From Ruminococcus albus 7 = DSM 20455 (GTDB lineage: Bacteria; Bacillota; Clostridia; Oscillospirales; Ruminococcaceae): 32,000 nucleotides of DNA. Positions 26,641 through 32,000 of this stretch are shown one piece after another. Each line of letters opens with the position of its first letter. Position 1 is the first letter of the stretch. The position numbers and the translations under genes were made by a program. The notes beneath the pieces are model-generated. The model worked only from the letters and a program-made list of their open reading frames with translations. It had not been told where the DNA came from and did not search any database. The stretch is from positions 3,210,001 through 3,242,000 of the forward strand of contig NC_014833.1 in NCBI RefSeq assembly GCF_000179635.2, read 5' to 3'.

Positions 26641-27816
26641 TCAAACAACAGGCTGATATGGCGAATGAGACTTTTCAAGAGCAAAAATGAGTCTGACGAG
26701 TTTCTTGACAGCGTGAGATAATGCAACATTGTAATGCTTGCCCTCGGCTCGCTTCTTGGCGAGATAATCTTTGAATGTCTTGTCCCAGGTGCAGACGAAT
26801 TTGGCAGCGTTGTAGAGAGCATAGCGAAGATACTTTGAGCCGCGCTTTTCCATCTTGGCATAACAATTCGTCAGCTGTCCCGATTGGTATGTAGAGGGCG
26901 ACATTCCCGCAAATGCAAGTACTTTGTCGGGTGTTGCGAAGTTTGAAAAGTCACCGACCTCTGCGAGGATCATAGCGACAGTTGAATAGCTGAGACCGGG
27001 AACGGTCAGAAGTGTAGTGTCGGTTGCATCGACCAGCTTCTTTATCTCGGTTTCTATCTCATCTATCTGCTCGGTCAGGTCAGCAATGAGCTTTATGGTG
27101 TGCCTGAGTTCCAGCGACTTTGCAGGCATTACAGAGCCGACAGAGCGTCTTGCGGCACCTCTGATCTGAATAGCTTTGTCCTTGCCGTAGTGACCTTTGG
27201 AAGTCTCTGAAAGCAGATTGGCAAGCCTTGTAAGGTGAGCATTTGCGATATGCTGCGCTGAAGGAAACTCGCTCAAAAGAGTATAGACAGACTTCATGTG
27301 CAGCGAAGGCACGAGCGCTTCAAGTTCGGGAAAGAGAATAGTCACAAGCCTTGATACGGAGGTCTTGAGCTTTGCACGCTCGGAAACCTTGTCAAATCTG
27401 TATCTGGTCATTGACTTTAGCTCTTCGCTCTGATATAATGTATTTGTGTAGGGCTTTAGGTCTACGCAAGACATTAGCATAGAAGCAATCACGCGCGCAT
27501 CTGCCTTGTCTGTCTTCGTTTTACGAAGTGTAAGGCTTTTTCGGTAAAGATTAGTGTGCAAAGGGTTCAGAACGTAGGTTGGCAGGCCGTTGTTCAACAG
27601 AAATCCCAACAGATTGTAGCTGTAATGTCCCGTAGCCTCGAGTCCTACTTTTATTATGTCAAAATTTTCGGTAACGGACTTGATGTTATCAAGCAGGATA
27701 TTAAAGCCGTCAAGAGTGTTTGGGATAGTGAACACATCAAAGAGTACTGTACCTTCAGAATCAACAATAAAGCAGTCATGCTTGTCCTTTGCCACATCAA
27801 TACCAACAACGATCAT
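26641..27816 (-). CDS. IS110-family transposase (DEDD/RuvC-like N-domain + Transposase_20 C-domain)
   Basis: MIVVGIDVAKDKHDCF..., GLEATGHY, and the C-terminal helix-hairpin-helix region LLTVPGLSYSTVAMILAEVGD ... SPSTYQSGQ. GGAG RBS 8 nt upstream. Confidence 0.9.
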   Translation of the reverse strand: MIVVGIDVAKDKHDCFIVDSEGTVLFDVFTIPNTLDGFNILLDNIKSVTENFDIIKVGLEATGHYSYNLLGFLLNNGLPTYVLNPLHTNLYRKSLTLRKTKTDKADARVIASMLMSCVDLKPYTNTLYQSEELKSMTRYRFDKVSERAKLKTSVSRLVTILFPELEALVPSLHMKSVYTLLSEFPSAQHIANAHLTRLANLLSETSKGHYGKDKAIQIRGAARRSVGSVMPAKSLELRHTIKLIADLTEQIDEIETEIKKLVDATDTTLLTVPGLSYSTVAMILAEVGDFSNFATPDKVLAFAGMSPSTYQSGQLTNCYAKMEKRGSKYLRYALYNAAKFVCTWDKTFKDYLAKKRAEGKHYNVALSHAVKKLVRLIFALEKSHSPYQPVV

Positions 27817-27837
27817 AATGATATCTCCAAAAATTAT

Positions 27838-27998
27838 TGATGCTGTTTAGATCCACAGAGACTCTACGCTAATGTAACCTCGTTCTAAATAAACCGTCGG
27901 GCGGTATCTAACTGATCAACAAATTGCATAGAGACTGCGGTCGGAGCCTTTCGTAAACCGTCATACGGTAGGAAGATCAAACCAATCCACAGCATCTA
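27838..27998 (-). ncRNA. candidate IS110 bridge RNA (seekRNA) in the left non-coding end
   Basis: It lies between an extended -10 (TGGTATAAT, 28013-28005, minus strand) and the transposase RBS. The 5' and 3' ends can pair: ATCTAAACA 27994-28002 with TGTTTAGAT 27844-27852. Internal motifs are duplicated:
- TAAACCGTCnnnCGGTA at 27890 and 27954
- AGAGACT at 27857 and 27930
- ATCCACAG at 27851 and 27985

The position matches where IS110-group elements encode their bridge RNA. Confidence 0.5.
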
Positions 27999-28071
27999 AA
28001 CAATATTATACCATAGTTCTTGGAGAGGAACTCTAAAAACTACTACTTTTATTATACGAGGAAGATATATT

Positions 28072-29514
28072 ATGACCGAACTCAATTACACCATGCTGTG
28101 TGACTTCTACGAACTTACAATGGGCAACGGGTACCTCATGAGCGGTATGGACAGCAAGATCGCTTATTTTGACCTATTTTTCAGAAGAGTACCCGACAAC
28201 GGAGGATTTGCCGTAGCTTGCGGACTTGAACAGATAATCGACTATATCGAAGATCTGCACTTCTCAGAAGATGACATCAGCTTTCTGCGCAGTAAAGGAG
28301 TCTTCAGCGAAGAGTTTTTAAAGTATCTGGCGGATTTCAGATTCACAGGAGATGTATGGGCGGTTCCCGAAGGCACTGTTATATTCCCGAATGAACCCAT
28401 CATAACGGTACGCGCCCCTGCAATACAGGCTCAGCTTATTGAAACCTATCTCCTGCTGTGCGTAAATCATCAGTCCCTCATAGCCACCAAGGCGAACCGT
28501 ATCGCGCGTGCAGCACAGGGCAGGGCTGTAAGTGAATTCGGTTCAAGACGTGCCCACGGTGCAGATGCGGCTATCCTCGGTGCCAGGGCGGCAGGCATCG
28601 GCGGCGTGAAGAATACCGCCTGCACCATCACCGACCAGCTTTACGGCTTTCCTGCAACCGGCACTATGGCGCATTCCTGGGTACAGATGTTTGACAGCGA
28701 GTACGATGCATTCGCGGCATACTGCAAATGCTATCCCGACAGCACAGTGCTTCTCATTGATACCTTCAACGTGCTGAAAAGCGGTATACCCAACGCTGTC
28801 AAAGCATTTGATGATGTACTGAAACCCCTGGGCAAACGTCCTGTCGGAGTAAGGATAGACTCGGGCGACATCACCTATCTTTCAAAAAAAGCAAGAAAAA
28901 TGCTGGACGATGCAGGCTATCCCGATTGTAAGATAATCGCATCGAATTCCCTTGATGAATACATTATCCGCAATATGATATTCCAGGGTGCAGCCATAGA
29001 CGGCTTCGGCGTGGGCGAAAGACTTATCACCGCACGAAGCGAACCTGTTTTCGGCGGAGTATACAAGCTTGTAGCCGTTGAGGATGAAAGCGGCAATATC
29101 ACCCCGAAGATCAAGATAAGCGAGAACGTTGTGAAGATCACGAATCCTCACTTCAAAAAAGTTTACCGCATCTACGACAGGGAGAATCACAAGGCGATTG
29201 CCGATCTGCTTTGCGTGCATGATGAAAAGATCAATGTAAACGAACCCCTGACCCTGTTTGATCCTAATTTCACCTGGAAGAAAAAGACAGTTACCGACTA
29301 TGAAGCAAGGGAACTGCTGGTACCCATATTCGCAGGCGGAAAGCTTGTCTATAAAAAGCCTGCATATGCAGATATCGTTTCGTATGCGGCGGCAGAAACC
29401 GGTACTCTCTGGGATGAAGTCACACGTTTTGAGAATCCGCACAACTATTATGTTGATCTTTCAAAGAAGCTCTGGGACATCAAGAATGATCTCCTGAATT
29501 CGGGAAGACAGTAA
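28072..29514 (+). CDS. pncB: nicotinate phosphoribosyltransferase
   Basis: 480 aa: LCDFYELTMGNGY, SEFGSRRAHG, GTMAHSWVQ, VRIDSGD. Typical of Gram-positive PncB. Confidence 0.9.
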   Translation: MTELNYTMLCDFYELTMGNGYLMSGMDSKIAYFDLFFRRVPDNGGFAVACGLEQIIDYIEDLHFSEDDISFLRSKGVFSEEFLKYLADFRFTGDVWAVPEGTVIFPNEPIITVRAPAIQAQLIETYLLLCVNHQSLIATKANRIARAAQGRAVSEFGSRRAHGADAAILGARAAGIGGVKNTACTITDQLYGFPATGTMAHSWVQMFDSEYDAFAAYCKCYPDSTVLLIDTFNVLKSGIPNAVKAFDDVLKPLGKRPVGVRIDSGDITYLSKKARKMLDDAGYPDCKIIASNSLDEYIIRNMIFQGAAIDGFGVGERLITARSEPVFGGVYKLVAVEDESGNITPKIKISENVVKITNPHFKKVYRIYDRENHKAIADLLCVHDEKINVNEPLTLFDPNFTWKKKTVTDYEARELLVPIFAGGKLVYKKPAYADIVSYAAAETGTLWDEVTRFENPHNYYVDLSKKLWDIKNDLLNSGRQ

Positions 29515-29519
29515 ACACA

Positions 29520-29562
29520 CAGCCCTTTCTGCATTTGATATGCGGAAAGGGCTGTTAATATT
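29520..29562 (+). terminator. rho-independent terminator of pncB
   Basis: CAGCCCTTTC (29520-29529) / GAAAGGGCTG (29545-29554), followed by a T-rich TTAATATT. Confidence 0.65.
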
Positions 29563-29575
29563 CGGTGTTTTGGGC

Positions 29576-29621
29576 AAAAAATTAATGCCCACTATTTCGG
29601 CGTAAAATGGACATTAATTTT
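29576..29621 (-). terminator. AT-rich hairpin with flanking A/T tracts, better paired on the minus strand
   Basis: AAAATTAATGCCCA / TGGACATTAATTTT. The single mismatch is C:A on the plus strand but U:G on the minus strand. The minus-strand stem is followed by UUUUU. Confidence 0.45.
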
Positions 29622-29700
29622 CTTATAGAATTATGAAAGGGATTTGATGATTGACAAAACCTGCAAAGTATTTGTAAGCTCTGCCAAGCACCAAGTATTC

Positions 29701-29816
29701 AGAGAAACGGTAAAACCTAATGTACAGTGAAGCTGCGACTTGGGGGATCGCGCGAGGGAAAACATCTAAATTCATAGAGTTGGGGTTCGCCGGACACTAG
29801 GCTTTACCGCTTCTCC
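29701..29816 (-). ncRNA. candidate structured small RNA (23-bp closing stem, C-rich interior)
   Basis: Arms 29701-29723 and 29794-29816 are complementary at 19 of 23 positions. All 4 mismatches become G:U pairs only on the minus strand. On the minus strand the interior carries CCCC, CCC and CCCCC runs. An extended -10 (TGGTATTAT, 29843-29835, minus strand) lies about 20 nt upstream. No Rfam family recognised. Confidence 0.35.
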
Positions 29817-30091
29817 AAATCTTATCTTGGGTATATAATACCACCCTTATGTGAACCGAACATGAACTGCAAGACATATTAAGCATCGGCATCAACTTTG
29901 TATAAATCAACAATTATAAAAGTATTTTATTTCATTGCATTGTGCATATAGTTGAATTTCATGCCATTCAGGACTGAAATATCCATAAATTCACCGTCAA
30001 ATCTGATAGTTATGTGAAATCAGAATGTTCATCTAATGTGAACTCATCCAGTTTTTATTTGTAAATATTTTATGAACGTCCAAAAAAGTAT

Positions 30092-30120
30092 TTGCATATC
30101 TTGTTGAACTGGAGTATAAT
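30092..30120 (+). promoter_or_regulatory. promoter of the two-component system operon
   Basis: TTGCAT (30092-30097), 17 nt, TATAAT (30115-30120). Confidence 0.65.
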
Positions 30121-30202
30121 TTATTATGGAATGTAATAACTTGTGCGTTTCAAGGAAAATATGTATATAGGGATACTTAATAAGAAAGGACAGTGATAAA
30201 AA

Positions 30203-30877
30203 ATGTTCCAGATACTTGTTGTTGAGGACGATGCAAGCCTTCGCCGCCTGATGAGTGCTGCACTGAAGCAGAACGGATACCAGCCATTCACCGCCAGCGA
30301 CGGCATTGAAGCCCTTGATATGCTGGAAAAGACCAATATAGATCTGATCATATCGGATATAATGATGCCCAATATGGACGGTTATGAGCTTACACGTCAG
30401 CTCAGGAATGCTAATTTTCAGATGCCTATTATAATGGTAACTGCAAAAGAAAGCTTCGAGGATAAAAAGATCGGGTTCGATGCGGGCACTGATGATTATA
30501 TGGTCAAGCCCATTGATATCAATGAGATGATACTGCGTGTCGGTGCACTCCTGAAAAGATCGAAGCTCGCAAGCGAGCACACCATGACCGTCGGCAACTG
30601 TGTACTTGACTACGATGCACAGACGGTAGCCTTTGACGGTCAGCAGGGTGAAACTATACCACAGATGGAGTTTAAGCTGCTTTTCAAGCTGCTGTCATAC
30701 CCAAACAAGATATTCACCCGCAGGCAGCTGCTGGACGAGCTTTGGGGCATGGATAAGGACGTTGACGAAAGAACGGTAGATGTTCACATCAAACGTCTGC
30801 GTGAACGCTACGGCAGTGCTGAAGCGTTCTCCATAGTAACAGTCAGAGGACTGGGATATAAGGCGGTAAAACAGTGA
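30203..30877 (+). CDS. OmpR-family response regulator
   Basis: Receiver domain (ILVVEDD, DLIISDIMMPNMDG, MVTAK) plus a winged-helix output domain (VDVHIKRLRERY, TVRGLGYK). Confidence 0.9.
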   Translation: MFQILVVEDDASLRRLMSAALKQNGYQPFTASDGIEALDMLEKTNIDLIISDIMMPNMDGYELTRQLRNANFQMPIIMVTAKESFEDKKIGFDAGTDDYMVKPIDINEMILRVGALLKRSKLASEHTMTVGNCVLDYDAQTVAFDGQQGETIPQMEFKLLFKLLSYPNKIFTRRQLLDELWGMDKDVDERTVDVHIKRLRERYGSAEAFSIVTVRGLGYKAVKQ

Positions 30878-32000
30878 AAAAAGCAACAAAGAATACCCCG
30901 CCCCTTTCGTTAAAGCCTGTCAGACATCCGCCCAAGCAGCGCATGACCATGCAGTTCAAGCTGGCTATGATGTTCTTTATAGTAATGTTCATATCCGCCA
31001 GCATCTCCGTGAGTGTACTGCTGCTGATATTCAGCCCTGTGATGAAAGAGAACGCTGTCACTCAGATGTCTGCCTTTGCAGCATCCGCCAAGGAACTGCA
31101 GAATGATAAGAATTATGATTTTGAGCGGATAGTTTTTCTGCTGAACAATTCTTCTTATGATATCACTGTCCTTAAAGACGATGACAAGGAATTGCTGGCT
31201 AACAAGGAAGAGATCGACTCTACGGGATACTATATAAACACTGAGGGCATAATACCCAGTGCAATCATGATAACCAAGATAAAAGACAGATACGTCCGCG
31301 TGAATACTTTCAACAGCGAAAATATTTTCTGGATAGTCAATCTCGTGACTATCGTGGCGTTCATGTCCAGTATAATGCTCGGTACGATAATCACTACTTT
31401 CGTGGGCCGTACCATGCTGCAGCCCATACATGATCTGAGTATGGCGACCTCAGAAGTCGCAAGGGGCAACTTCTCTGTAAGGGTCCGTGAGAACGGTTCG
31501 GATGAGTACGGTACTCTCCAGCGCAACTTCAACAAAATGGCACAGGAACTTTCGGGTATCGAGACCCTTCGCGGTGACTTCATATCCAACGTATCCCACG
31601 AATTCAAAACTCCCCTTGCTTCCATACAGGGCTTTGCAAAGCTTTTGCAGAACCCCACTCTCAGCATGGAGGAAAGAGACGAGTATACACAGATAATCAT
31701 TGATGAAACTTCCAGACTTTCAAAGCTTTCATCGAACATACTCAATCTTACAAAGCTGGAAAACCAGACAACTATCGGCAAGAAGAAGCGTTTCCACATA
31801 GATGAGCAGATACGAAAGATCATACTTATGCTTGAACCCGAATGGTCAAAAAAGGATATTGATATGGATATCGACCTTGAAGATATCATATACGTCGGCA
31901 ACGAAGACCTTATGGGGCAGATATGGCAGAACATTATAAACAACGCAATAAAGTTCACACCGCAGGAAGGACAGATCAAAGTAACACTGTTCCGCGGAGA
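30874..32000 (+). CDS. sensor histidine kinase, 3' end outside the window
   Basis: Not in the ORF track because it has no stop in the window. GTG 30874 overlaps the regulator's TGA; the alternative ATG is at 30943. It has two TM helices flanking a ~110-aa extracytoplasmic segment, a HAMP domain (PIHDLSMATSEVARGNFSVRV), an H-box (SHEFKTPL) and an N-box (NNAIKFT). Confidence 0.85.
   Translation, partial: MKKATKNTPPLSLKPVRHPPKQRMTMQFKLAMMFFIVMFISASISVSVLLLIFSPVMKENAVTQMSAFAASAKELQNDKNYDFERIVFLLNNSSYDITVLKDDDKELLANKEEIDSTGYYINTEGIIPSAIMITKIKDRYVRVNTFNSENIFWIVNLVTIVAFMSSIMLGTIITTFVGRTMLQPIHDLSMATSEVARGNFSVRVRENGSDEYGTLQRNFNKMAQELSGIETLRGDFISNVSHEFKTPLASIQGFAKLLQNPTLSMEERDEYTQIIIDETSRLSKLSSNILNLTKLENQTTIGKKKRFHIDEQIRKIILMLEPEWSKKDIDMDIDLEDIIYVGNEDLMGQIWQNIINNAIKFTPQEGQIKVTLFRG

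Larger units (their letters stand above)
26597..28018 (-). mobile_element. IS110-family insertion sequence (ends approximate, +/- 10 nt)
   Basis: One 391-aa IS110 transposase, with about 200 nt of non-coding DNA 5' of it and about 45 nt 3' of it. Short inverted hexamers AACTAT (26597-26602) / ATAGTT (28013-28018) are my proposed termini. See the findings for the split-promoter argument. Confidence 0.7.

Noticed and set aside
29647-29730. 27-aa plus-strand ORF (MIDKTCKVFVSSAKHQVFRETVKPNVQ) with GAAAGGGA upstream
   Set aside because: It is too short and featureless to support. It is not hydrophobic, so it is not a type I toxin, and there is no promoter evidence.
29623-29775. 50-aa minus-strand ORF (MNLDVFPRAIPQV...IPFIIL) ending right at the 29576-29621 hairpin
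   Set aside because: There is no Shine-Dalgarno sequence (the upstream sequence is CCCCAACUCU). The composition is Phe/Tyr-rich and implausible, and the start sits inside the proposed RNA structure. I kept it only as an alternative reading of the sRNA candidate.
31230-31979. 249-aa minus-strand ORF, plus other minus-strand ORFs at 30044-31431
   Set aside because: They are antisense to the response regulator and histidine kinase genes, both of which show canonical motifs.

Overview
This window looks like a chromosomal segment of a Gram-positive anaerobe, probably Clostridia (Ruminococcaceae-like). The taxon is a guess based on GGAGG-type RBSs, class-1B PyrK/PyrD and a flavin-reductase/rubredoxin fusion.

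**Mobile DNA, about 1-6335.** The 3' part of an IS66-family element carries the transposase plus a translationally coupled extra ORF, and ends in a GTAAGCG-type inverted repeat at about 1984. It abuts a small integrative mobilizable element. That element has a consensus promoter, a MobA/MobL (MobQ) relaxase interrupted by an in-frame TAG, a MobQ-type oriT with the TAAGTGCGCCCT nick core, a coiled-coil ORF, a TnpW-like ORF and a TnpX-like large serine recombinase.

**Minus-strand block, 6336-12044.** It holds xylB, an MBL-fold hydrolase, a DUF4177-like ORF, two zinc-ribbon ORFs, a flavin reductase with two rubredoxin domains, and several small orphan or secreted ORFs. One is a 59-aa ORF below the ORF-track cutoff that has its own promoter, RBS and terminator.

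**Plus-strand housekeeping block, 12592-26182.** It holds manA, a ROK glucokinase, ilvD, pyrC, pyrF, pyrK, pyrD and nspC. Orphan genes are interleaved, including a protein made of five 20-aa tandem repeats and SUKH/Imm-like immunity-type genes.

**IS110 region.** An IS110-family element with a candidate bridge RNA sits between a near-consensus promoter and pncB, next to a cluster of G5/C5 palindromes.

**Right end.** A 640-bp AT-rich spacer contains a candidate minus-strand structured sRNA. It is followed by an OmpR-type response regulator and a histidine kinase that runs off the window.

I saw no rRNA, tRNA or CRISPR array, and no complete new multi-gene defence-type system that I can defend. 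The most novel-looking items are:
- the IS110 non-coding end (bridge-RNA-like modular repeats and a split junction promoter)
- the candidate sRNA at 29.6-29.8 kb
- the 20-aa repeat protein
- the zinc-ribbon/DUF4177/MBL operon
- the degraded but architecturally complete mobilizable element
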